From: Balanoglossus misakiensis
Taxonomy: Eukaryota > Animalia > Hemichordata
Assembly: GCA_040954595.2 (NCBI GenBank)
Contig: CM082576.2
Span: 3,756,760-3,820,759, forward strand
Length of the DNA: 64,000 nt
Direction: 5' to 3'
The notes below the pieces were generated by a model. The model saw only the letters and a program-made list of their open reading frames with translations. It searched no databases and had not been told where the DNA came from. This document shows positions 1 to 11,372 of this stretch, piece after piece (within the stretch, counting starts at the first letter, position 1; every line of letters starts with the position of its first letter). The position numbers and the translations under genes are program-made.

Positions 1-123
1 GATGAGATCATACACCTTGATGCTTTTACTTGACACTTCTACTTCAAGAACGTACATTTACTATCGTATGCCTGTGTAAGAACTACCTCACAACTCAATG
101 AAAAATATGGTGGTCTGATTTAC

Positions 124-209
124 CTCAGAGTTGCTACAAGCTCCTGTTATTCTCTTTACAATTTCAGAGACATCGCTTACATGCTGGCCCTTCTTTCTTG
201 TTCTGCTAG
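124..209 (-). CDS. ETAA1: ETAA1-like exon (86 nt)
   Basis: Acceptor tacAG at 211-210 (phase 1), donor GAG|GTAAAT at 123; encodes SRTRKKGQHVSDVSEIVKRITGACSNSE, which is also visible in ORF 88..366. Confidence 0.83.
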
Positions 210-863
210 CTGTACCATTTATGAAATAGGGCAAGAATATGTGCAGACAGAAAGATAAATTTAACAATAAATTATTTGGGAGAACAAACTTTGCTGAACA
301 ATGCATTTCAAAGGTAATAATCATGCAAGGTAAATGTATTTTGGTCTGCAGTTGGAAGGAAAACAAATACTAGTGACGTACAACAGATGGCATGCTGATA
401 TACACACGGTGTTATCACTTACCCAAACGCGAACATTTCATGGGTGATGGTGAGTTGTTGTCCCATGTGATTTCTGGCTCTCCGTCGAATGAAGTGTTCA
501 TTGATTCATTCAAGTTAAACCCAGGCGTCCTTCCTGCAGAGAAAATGATATGGCCATGGCCCGGGAAAATTATTTATACGTACTTTCATTTGAAAGAGTC
601 AAATAAAATGTCCAAAGGGTGGGAATTTGTTTTTAAACAAATGATGTCAAGAGTCACCTGGGGAGAATGCACATGTTAATAACATTTACCAATACAGCTG
701 GGTGTGAAATTAATTAGACGCCGGGTGAAAACCACAAACAACATCACCGTGTCAAGGGGTCAAAATTAAACGTACCCATTAAGAACCTAGTTCTTCTACG
801 AGGGGTCTTTTCGCCGTAGGAACTGCGTCTTTTCCTCAACGGGAACGCTTCTCGGATACTCAT
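124..863 (-). CDS. ETAA1: ETAA1-like ATR activator, 5' part only: join(complement 776-863, 423-533, 124-209); gene continues beyond the left edge
   Basis: Three exons with GT-AG boundaries and matching phases (1,1,0) splice to MSIREAFPLRKRRSSYGEKTPRRRTRFLM-G-RTPGFNLNESMNTSFDGEPEITWDNNSPSPMKCSRL-A-SRTRKKGQHVSDVSEIVKRITGACSNSE. Motifs KTPRR / EITWDNNSP / SDVSEIVKRI occur in the same order as human ETAA1 ETPKR / DIFWDQNSP / SDEISHIVNRI (recalled). Confidence 0.85.
423..533 (-). CDS. ETAA1: ETAA1-like exon carrying the ATR-activation-domain Trp motif (111 nt)
   Basis: Acceptor ttttctctgcAG at 535-534, donor G|GTAAGT at 422; encodes ...DGEPEITWDNNSPSP... Confidence 0.87.
776..863 (-). CDS. ETAA1: ETAA1-like first coding exon (88 nt)
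   Basis: ATG at 863-861 in context ACAAG-ATG; open frame MSIREA...RFLM; donor G|GTACGT starting at 775, phase 1. The start codon is the least certain element. Confidence 0.72.
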
Positions 864-1420
864 CTTGTCCAAATAACATAACTACAGGAGAAAGACGCGG
901 AAAATGAGTAGATTCGCAGGACAAAATAAGAAATTAACACCCCACGCATTCCGCCATGTTCAAACTATGCCGCCTCGATTTGAATGCCTATGTTTTGATT
1001 GGTCAACTATAAAGGTCAACGGGGTCACCTTCTGCAGAGGGCGCTATTTTGAATGGAACCCCTGATGATCAGCTGATCTGTCACCTGATCCAAGGCTTGA
1101 CCTCAAACCTTCCAAAATACGAGGGAAAACCCTTGAAAACAGGATTTCTGAGAATCAACAAGGCGATCGAGGGAAAGGAAGTGCAAGCAACAAATTTTAA
1201 CACCACTGTAAACTATCGGACTCATGCTTCATTCACCATCTGCCGATTTGAAACTTTTCTTAGGACGATTTTAGCGAGACACTGTTTGAAATACCGGAAC
1301 GGCGGCAAGTTTGAGAATAATATACGTGTGGAACGTAAACAAAGCTCTGATCTGGTGGACCCGAGCCTTGATTGGAAGTGCAAGTGAGGTATACCGTGAG
1401 GAAACTGAATAACAGGAGCC
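864..1420. promoter_or_regulatory. Bidirectional CpG-rich promoter/5'UTR region shared by ETAA1-like (-) and CDIN1 (+)
   Basis: 557 bp between divergent start codons, locally CpG-rich. YY1-type CCGCCATGTT 951-960; ATTGG (CCAAT box) 998-1002 and 1371-1375; CHR-type TTTGAA/TTCAAA at 959, 979, 1048, 1247, 1285. Confidence 0.75.
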
Positions 1421-1512
1421 ATGAAACTCGTCGTGTACAACGAAATCCTCGAATTGATGCACGCTTGCGGGACTCGAGAATGTTTGAAAACAATTGCCAA
1501 GCAATATCCCGA
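1421..1512 (+). CDS. CDIN1: CDIN1 exon 1 (92 nt coding)
   Basis: GGAGCC-ATG; [30 protein letters not shown]; donor GA|GTTAGT, phase 2 fits exon 2. Confidence 0.88.
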
Positions 1513-4500
1513 GTTAGTATCAATTTTGTTTTATTTCAATGCAATGATTGTTGTTAAGTTCAGAGATCTGTGGTGAAAAGAGTTTTCCGATGCATCAAGG
1601 AGAAGGTATATGTACCTGGGCATTGATTGAACCACTGAGGTACCAAAGGCACTTCAGTTTCTATGAATGAGTACCCTTCTAAGTTTGACCCCTCCCCCCT
1701 CAAATGTTTAACCCTAGTCACTTGAACCATGGATGTAGTGTACACTTCCATGTTTGAACCCTTCTCATTGCAAATTGGCTCAAGCAACTTGATCAACCTG
1801 GTTGAATTCTTTACTATGTTGAATATGATGATCAAGCTGCTTGCATCAATTCCAACTGAGAATGTGTCCAACTATGGTCCAAACAATTTTACCACAATAC
1901 AATTAAATAAACTTACATGTATTACAACTGTGACATCCCCAAAGCTGATTGATTATATATTGTACAGACTGTGAGACAGGCAGAGATAATTTATATACCC
2001 CATATCAAGCCAGCAATAACAGGTGTCTAATCTATCAGGAACTGCATTATACCAAGTTTCTCAAAATTCCAATATGTACCCTTTTGGTGTGTTCAACAAA
2101 GCAGCAGCCACATAATATCATCACTTGTCTCTATTTTTTCATTCTTCAGTTACAGTTACAACACCTTGGTTAGTATCTTCTGTCAAGATTATCAGGTAAA
2201 TGGGTCAATCTTCCCTGTTTCTTCAGTGATGCAGATGCATGTCTGTGCAGAACTGCAGGTTTTCTTCCAACTGTCTAATACTAGTAGATTGAAACCTAGC
2301 TAAGTACAATGAAGCCCGTTGAAACCAGACAGGGTCTAAGCTGGAACTCTGTCTTTACAAAACACTTTAGTACAGCAGTATAGCATATGACACTCAGTAG
2401 AACCTCTACAAACCACACACCTGAAATGGGACAATCTTTACTGTCCTTTTGGTGTTTGGTTTGGACAGGTTTTACTATACAGTTACAAGAGTAAGACCAC
2501 TTTACTTCAGAACCCACAAAACAACAGCAGACTCTCACAGCCCCAGGTTTGCTACACTGATCTGGTTCTCTGTTATACACTGGTATCCCCTAGCGAGCAC
2601 AAACCCAGCATAGCTTTGTGTAGCGAAACATGGTGGTTCGTTATTTAAAACCACATTGCAGAGTTTTCTGCTCTATTTGGGGGGATCAATCATCATACAC
2701 TAAAGAACCAGGCCACTATAACAATCTTAGGGTAGTGAGAGAGTCTAGTACAGCAGATACTGTTTTATACATTCCGTTGATTTCAGAAAAAGACAAGGAA
2801 GTCCCACCACAAACACCACAAGCCTGAAGTTATGGAGGAATATTATCAAAGGTATTTTCTTAAAAAATCAATTCATTTGCTGTTGTCTTTTTTCATTAGC
2901 TGACAAAGCACACTGGAATAAAAATGGCTGCAAGGACAAGAAAAGCTCAGTATCTCTCTGCAAAAAAATTAGTCTGCTGTCTGATCCGCCAATTAAATAA
3001 ACTGCACTTACCATCATCATCTTTGCCAGCTCAAATACAAATCTTCCGCAGTTGTCAGCTAAAGATAACAGATAAATTGCACAGGAATTTTTGTCTCATG
3101 GTGTTGAGCTCCATGTTGAGCTCACGAAGCCACGTTGTATGTAGCGCCCTCTATAAAGCAACAGAAAGAAACTTTCTATACAAAATCATCAGTACGATTT
3201 GTGATATAGCACCCTCTATAGTCAAACTACAGCAGATGTTAATGTGAGGATGGGACATGTAAATTGTTATTTCTGACATCTGCATATTTCTGAATTCATC
3301 ATCATAATAGCTTTCATCCATTAATGAATAAAGTTCCTGTGCAAATGTCCATTTTTAGCATTATTTGTAAGTCCAACTGTTCCAAAATAATTCCAGACCC
3401 ATTAATTACTAAATTTATCTGAAAGGAAACAGATCACAGGAAAAATATTCCATTACGAACAAAAATGTGACACAAAGTGAAAATGAATATTAAAGTAATG
3501 CAGCAAAAAGGAGGCTGTGAGAAGGATAGTGTTCACCTTCACACAGATGTCATTTCCTCTGTTCCTATCTTCATGCAAATTATTTCATTTGTCTTCCGGA
3601 CTGAAGGAATATCTTCATTTATTCTTGAAAAGAAATATATACCGCTAGAGTATAAAGCCTTTGTAAGAATGAAAGAAACATTCTGTGTGAAAGGAAGTAA
3701 AATATATAGTACTCTAGCGAGCTGTTAAACTCATAGAATGCATAAAAAGATAGATGAAATGTGATAATTATTAAATTGAACAGAACACATGTCACTGTTC
3801 AATTATCGTGTTTTGTATATGCATGTCCCATTCGTAAAATTCTGACAGATTTCTCCAGACAGCATGCAAGAGCTAAAGTAACACACTAACTACAAAGATT
3901 TTCTTAATTTCAGACACTTGGTGAAATGTTTGCACAATTCACTTGACAATATGAAAAAGGCAATTGAAATAGGCTTTATTGGCCTGAAAAATATGTTCAG
4001 CAGTGTTTCAGATTATTTAACTGTTTTAACAGTGCATTATAAACCATTCTATGGCACGCTAATATGCAAGTATAATGGTTGTTACATTTAATTTACAATC
4101 ACATTTTGGACGTCTTCCCATGGACATTACACATTGCTTGAACGATCAGTGTTCAAAAAATTTCGTTCTTGGCATGCAGCGCGGCAAGCAAGGGTTGTGT
4201 TTGTCGCCCCCAAGAGTTTGAATGTCAGCTCAATTACTGGTTGCCAACAATAAGCCTATTTCAAGCGTTGGTACACTCAGATGATTTGGGGTGCATTAGG
4301 GATAGATGTGTAACACAGAACAGGTCAGACAGAGGCCAAGACACTGCATGGATTCAATACGCTGCCTGATTCACTATATTCAATAAATGCACCCAAACAT
4401 CGGGCAAATGCTTTTATCAGCCATTGTTTTGAAATTGAGTTGCCATCTTGTATATTTCATCTCTAATGCTCCCGAATATGCCTGCTTGTATGCCTGGGTC

Positions 4501-7500
4501 AAGAAGTCAAAAATGTCCATTGTGCAATTTCCTTGTATGTTTCATGTTTGGGTCATGTTGCTTAAAAGCCCTTTTAACTCCACTGTACTGCAAGAGCAAA
4601 TGGGTCAGTCAACTTGGCTAATTTTCTAGGAAAGCTGATTTCGTTCTTTCTTTCTTTTTTACCGCTGCTCGCCGATAAGAGCGACCATATTGCAAGTGAT
4701 TTTTCGCCCCTTTTGTTAGATTTGAGTCCGTGCCATGTGTTCTGCGTAAAAGACGTACATTAGATTAGTAATGGTCCTGGAATGAAGAATCACTTTGTTA
4801 TACAATGTACTCCAAGGCAGCGTCATTTGCCTTGTACTTTTTGTCTGTGCCATATTACAGCCATGTGTCCTGTATAGTAACACTACACACCATTGACATA
4901 TTGTTGTCAGATCTTCAAAATACTAAATTATGGGTTGTCTTTGTTTTGTTTTGTTTTCTGCCCCTGCCACTTGTACGCTGAAATACGACCACATTTAGGA
5001 TTTGAGGTTCTGTCACCGTTTCATTTCAGGTACTTGAAAGCCATTTCCAAAGCATACAAAGGATCAGTATTGGTGCGATTAGCTGAAGAGGTGGGTTTAT
5101 GTTTTCTCATCCATATGTTTGTGTATCTGTCTGTTTGTCTGTCTATCTATCTGTGTGTCTGTCTGTTCGAGTGTGTGTATGTCCTTGCATCTACATGATT
5201 GTGGCCATAAAAACAACACCCCAACATTAGGGATGGTCTCAATATGCTTATATTGTGTTGCCATATGGCACGGTTGCTATCTAAAAATAAAAGCTTATAT
5301 ACAGTATGGAAAAGGAGCACAGAAATATAACAGATAATACCTTTACAAACTGAAATGGAGACATTTTTCCTCATATGATACATAGCGCTTTCAACTTTGT
5401 TAGTTGTCTAGGTTTTGAACTGTTAGGTGCAGAGTAGACTGCCCTCACTCTCCTGAGTACCTGCACATCACAAGGTTCAATGTGATGTAAGTTCCAACAT
5501 TTCTTAAGTCAAAGTTTGAGCTGAAAAATGTTCTATCCCTCAACAAATTTCTGTATGTGTGTCATACATGTACCAGCAGCACCGTCTTGTGGTTAAAAAA
5601 AATAATAAAACAACAAAATTAGTGGTTGGAATGGGGTTGCAGCACAAGTCATCAGTACTGGAACATTAAATGAATTGATGCTTGTTTTGCAGTTGTCACA
5701 GCGTTAATGTACAAATGTTTCAACGCAAGGAATACATCGTGTAGTGTAGCGGACTATTCCTCCATGGCTACAACTCTCGTTCTGAGACACAGACTGCCAA
5801 TCACAAAAATTCACTTGTGCAGGTTTTTTTTCTTAAGTGAGCCTGCCTGCCTGCTCAGTCATTCATCTAATAAGCTATATCTGATTACAAGAATTTTTTT
5901 CCAGTGAAATTTTTTTACCCTCCAAAATGTAGGTTGGGTATATGTCAGTATGATGTACGATTTAGTCTTGATTCTCATATTTTCTCAAGCAAAATTCTAT
6001 TTAAGACAGGAAGTCGACCTGAAATGAAATTAAAACAAGGCCATTATGATCCATGTAATTAGATCTAAGCCATGACTGTCAGTTTCCGATACATTTACTT
6101 TTCTATAATTCTATACTCGCGTGTATGAAAGTGGCTGTGACATTGCACATAATGCACAGATATTGAACACAGCGGATATACATGTATTGTACACTCAGCA
6201 CATTGTACATTATATACACCAATTGCTCACACATGCCAGTGTATTATGCATGCCCAATCTTATTTTGTTTTCGAGGTTAAAATTAAATTTTGCTCATAAA
6301 TTTGCTGTGTTTTCCTGCTCATACAAGAAGTAGCAGCAGCAATGGTAGTAGTTTTAGGCTTTCGTCACATTTTCATGTGATTTTTCAGTGGGATTGTTAT
6401 ACTTTATCATACAGAAAAGTTAGATGAAATATAGTCTCAACTTTATGAAAATGCCATTAAATATCAAATGTAGTTCCCTAATTAAAGAATTCTATCATTT
6501 ACTGGACAAGTAGTTTCTCTAAATTACCTTGCCTTTTGTTGGTTTGTCTGTATGTCTGAAAGTCGACTTTATTTCCTTGTTCAGTGTGTGAAGCCTTATG
6601 AAATGGTCAGCCTTTAATAGCTTATCATTGCAGTCCACATGTAAAAGCATTTGAGGAAATTTCTACGTTTATCTATAAACTGGCAAAGAAAAGCATTCAA
6701 GAAGCTCTCTATTTTTTGCAAATGCAGAAAAATAAATGAGAAACTATCTCTGCAAAGAGTAGACAAAATGGTTGAAAGGCTCAATTTCCTTTGATTGTAC
6801 GGTTTTTACACCTGTCGTGAATGTAGGTGTCAAAGTGTGACCGTGTCAATTGACCTTTCACCCCTGATGAAGTCAATAAGTCATACTTAGACCGACACCC
6901 CAGAGGACACCTGTTCAAACTACTGTGTGCCTCAGAGATGTTGTAAAACTTGTACAGGAAAAAAAAACTAAACTGCAAAGGGTTCTGCGAAGGCCAGAAT
7001 GAGATTATATCCACAAGAAATAAAACAGAGTTGTCAATAGCCGCGGAAATGAACCAATTCATAATTCAGCCTTCCTTTTGATTCGGTCTTCCTCCGCATC
7101 TCCCAGACTGCTAAGTCTATTCTCCGTTCTGAGTTACAGGGCACTTAAAGAGAAAATATTTGACAGCAAAAATAATTGAACCACAAGCTATTGGAAAAGT
7201 CTCTTTGTGCGCAGAGACGCGCGGGTTTCCCAGAGGGTTCGTGTTTATGAATTGATACAGTGAAATAGAGAGGAAAAAAAGAGCAGAAAGAGGGGAGAAA
7301 ATAACAAGTGCGTCGAGACCATCAGAATTGACTTTATACGCAGTTCGGTGAAATCAAATATGGTGCAGGAAAGTGAAGTGTATATGTCAGAACAACGTAA
7401 TGGGTTATTTCTGGTCAGGGTATCACCCTGGACTCTTGGAATTGTTTTCGCTATAACATACAACCGCAGCACTGTGATAAAGTGGCTGGATAAATAGATT

Positions 7501-10500
7501 AATTCCCCGGGGCCCCCAGCCAGCAGGGAAAAAAAATGTTTCCAACTGTGGCAACACACAGGTAAAAACACAGGCTGCCGTGTGTGCTATCTTGTACATG
7601 ATGACATCAAATTGTCTGGAGGAAATTGAACATGCTAGTCAATTTCAGACAGGATACAATAGTTTTGTTATCTGATAATATCTGATGATATGTTATTATT
7701 ATTCCAGGTTGATTTGTCACACTCCCTATTAGCGCGCATTATAGTGGAAAGGCATCTGGCACATACCAAATATGAAGGACACCCCCGTAAGTGATTTTCT
7801 TTAACTTTTAGATGTTGAAGTTAAAAGTTTGCCATTTAGCATCTCATAGCATGCATGATTGAATTGAGAGTTGTCCCATGATGCTCCTGGAGAAATACTG
7901 CGAGTTTTAAGTCCCAAACTTCAAAGCCAGCATTTAGTGGCTCAAATTTGTAATTCCTGCTCCACATGGTACATATATGAAGTCCAAAGTAATGTTTGAC
8001 ATAGATTTATATGAAATTCCAATAGAATGATGAAACTGGTTAAGATTAATACAGTTAAATCATTTTAATGTGTATTTTTCAACCCACATCAGCTGAGACG
8101 GACCTATTTTGGCTACTAGCTGCAGACATCGAAAGCAAGTCACCCTTGCGTTTCCAACATTGCATCATTTTCCTTGACAGCATCAGTGCACAATGTAACA
8201 CCGAGGCGAAATGAGGACGAATGTTTCATAATTGAAAGCTTGCATTTAGCTCGGTTAAATCTCACCATATGTGAAAATGTCCTGAATTGCTCGGAAAGGA
8301 AAGAAAAAACACACCATCCATCAAAGCTGTCTTTGTGCAGAGCTCCTCACAACACTGCAGTCGGAGCATCGATATGTCATTTATCACTCGGAAAAAAAAA
8401 CACTTTGCTATGCAAACTAAGAGAGTCTATTTTCTGAGAGAAGAGACACTCACTCATTCCAGTCACCAGGGTGAAGCCATCTCCTTTGGTATGCTCGATG
8501 CAAGAATCTGTGCGAAAATCAATTTATAAAGTGTACACAGACATTACACCTGTACACACATGAAACGAGATTAAAAATGTAAGATAACAACTGATAAAAA
8601 AATGTTTTCCAGAAAGAGTGTTAGGTTGTTACTGAGTGAGTGACTTTTTTTATTTAAGTTGATTTTGGTGAGCGTCAATTAATGTGCCTTTGTTTCAATT
8701 TCTGAGTTTAACAGTGTGATGTTTATTTGTCGCGCAGCACCTAGGAGTGTCGTTACTCAGCTGATGAAGGACACCTCATCCATTGAAGATCCCGTTCTGG
8801 CGCGTGAAGTACATCAGGTATGTAGGAGGAGGATGAAGTACGTTGCTCCACATGACAAAACTTTATTTAGCTCCTCAAATGTAGGTCATTCATTCTTTAT
8901 CATTAAATCTAAATCTGCCGTTTCAGATCTTAGCAAGGTACAGTACAATTCGAAAGATTGGTTTGGAATCAGCGGTAACGACTTTTACACTAATTGATTT
9001 TGATTTTATCTGTTCACTTAAATTCCCTAATAACAGATATGGTTAAAATTATGAATACTTTGAGGAAAAAGTTTGCAATCTGATCTTTGAAAAGGATGTT
9101 CTTAAGTTTGTTTTTGTTAATTTTGTTGTTTTTTTAAGGGAGGGGGGGGGGCAAAGTTTTAACTTTATTTGGGGGGCGGGGTGAGTTTCAAACTCTCAGC
9201 AAAAGATCTAACTCAAGTTTACAATCCAGGAGAGCTTTGACAGACAGAGAACATGCTTGACTCGTTACCCACACCGTGGCGAGCAATGAAACAAGCTTTA
9301 TGCTTGTGCTGACAACACCATACCCAGCAATAAAATTTCACTGGGCTATTTCAATATGGTAAATGGAGGCAATATTGCTTTGAGAGAACTCTCCAACCAT
9401 AATTGGTCATAAAAAGAAACCAATACTGAAAAACCTACCCAGCCTGTAACAACATGAGTTTTTACATCATTTCATGATGTATACTTGGTGTGTGATTTCA
9501 ATATTTATTCCTTGCCATCATTCACTCGACGTAATTTGTTCAGTTGCGTTTTATTTCTCACCCCAAATATAAAGAAATAAGCTGGTGTAAACTCCAGTAG
9601 AGGTGTCGTAACAATTCTGATACATGGAGCATAATGCTTTACAACAGAAGTGTCAAATATTGGGTGCGATGCCTGCTTTTTCCAAACTCCATGTCTGTTC
9701 TCAAGTAGAATTCTGATGGTACATGTATTTACTCTGCATACTTCGGTACCAGTCACAAGTGGTTGAACATTTTCATGCATACATGGTTGATATAAATATT
9801 CATGATGTATGGTACACGCCATGCGTAACTTTTGAAAAGTTCTTGGCTACATACCAAACTCTAGCATGAGTATACTACCTGTGAGGGCATTGACAGAACC
9901 AACAAGACAATGATTTGTGTTGTGTCTACGTGATGTGTTCCACATAAAGCATATTCACACACTCGAACATGCACACACACACACACACACACACACACGT
10001 ACACACACACACATACACACACACACACACACACGTACACATGCACACACTTACCTACTCACAAAGAAGGGTGTTTAGTATAGAGATGTGAAGGAAATAC
10101 AAAATGTAGTAGATTTCATTGCAAAGAACGTGACAGACTTAATTATCACCAAACTTTCAGTCGGTGGATATTCTTGAATAGGAAGGGCAGAATTAATAGA
10201 AGTTATCAACCACATTTTATGGTGGGGGGGGGGGGGGGGGGTTAAACCATCAGGATCATAATGAAGGTAAACAGCAGACCAAGACAGACATAAAAAGGAA
10301 GGTTTTAAGTTGAAAGAGACACATTGACAGTTAGTAGGCTTTACATAAAATGCAAATTCAAGGTTTAGTTGATCTTTGCCTCCTTGGTGTCATATTGTAG
10401 AATTCAGCAGAGAAATCTGAGCTAATGCTCACATAAAATCTATGATATTGAAACTAGTGAGCTGTCCACTCCAGTGAAAGTTGATATTGTTCTCGGTGAA

Positions 10501-11304
10501 CGGAAACAATTGTATATTTTTCCTTTGATGTTTTTTTGCGGGTCTGGAAGCTGATTACTAAATAAGTACCAAATGACACCCATGCAAGAAAAGATTACAT
10601 ATGTGTACAAACAGTTGTGTGTACCAGAAGGGGAGAAATTAGAACCATATTATTTTAAGATGACCAAACCATTTCCTGTGTTTTTTTCCTGTGTATGTTT
10701 TTTACGTGCCCTTAATAGCAGAGTAATACCATGCTAAGTTTTGGTAATCAGCTTATTTTAGTAAAATACATGTTTGCATTTTTGTCTGCAGATGGTGTCT
10801 GAATTATCCCCCTCTTTGTGCGCATATGTGTGTCGGTCTGTCGCAGATCTGCCATCGACAACACAATCCCAACACGATGACAGAGATAGCCCACTTTTCA
10901 CAGTGTAAATGCAAAATGGCATCTGATAAAGTTAATACCTTTGAAATGCATTCACGATTATCTGAATTGGAGAGAAAAACTGTCCTTATCACTTCTGCCA
11001 TCAGAGTAGTTTCCATCACTGCATGGGTGCTTCTGGCGCTCTCCGAATATTCCATAAAATACGCATGATTTATTGCTTAGTCAAACTGACATCCGTCTTT
11101 TCAAAGACACTCCATATCTGAAATTTGTGTTTTAAAGCTGTCCCAGGTGAATTAACACACACGGTGCGGACTATTGACAGAGAACTCCACACTCCAGTCA
11201 ACATTAGTTTCAGAAACAGCCATGTACTCATGACGTCTACAGCCTGCTCACTTTTTTTCCTATTATGAGTGTGTTAAAGTTAGTTGTGATGAAAGTGTTA
11301 GGTT

Positions 11305-11372
<68 letters not shown>

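Noticed and set aside
2150-2155. Alternative in-frame acceptor (TTACAG) 6 nt into CDIN1 exon 2
   Set aside because: Possible minor isoform, but the first AG follows the pyrimidine tract and gives the better alignment; no evidence of use.
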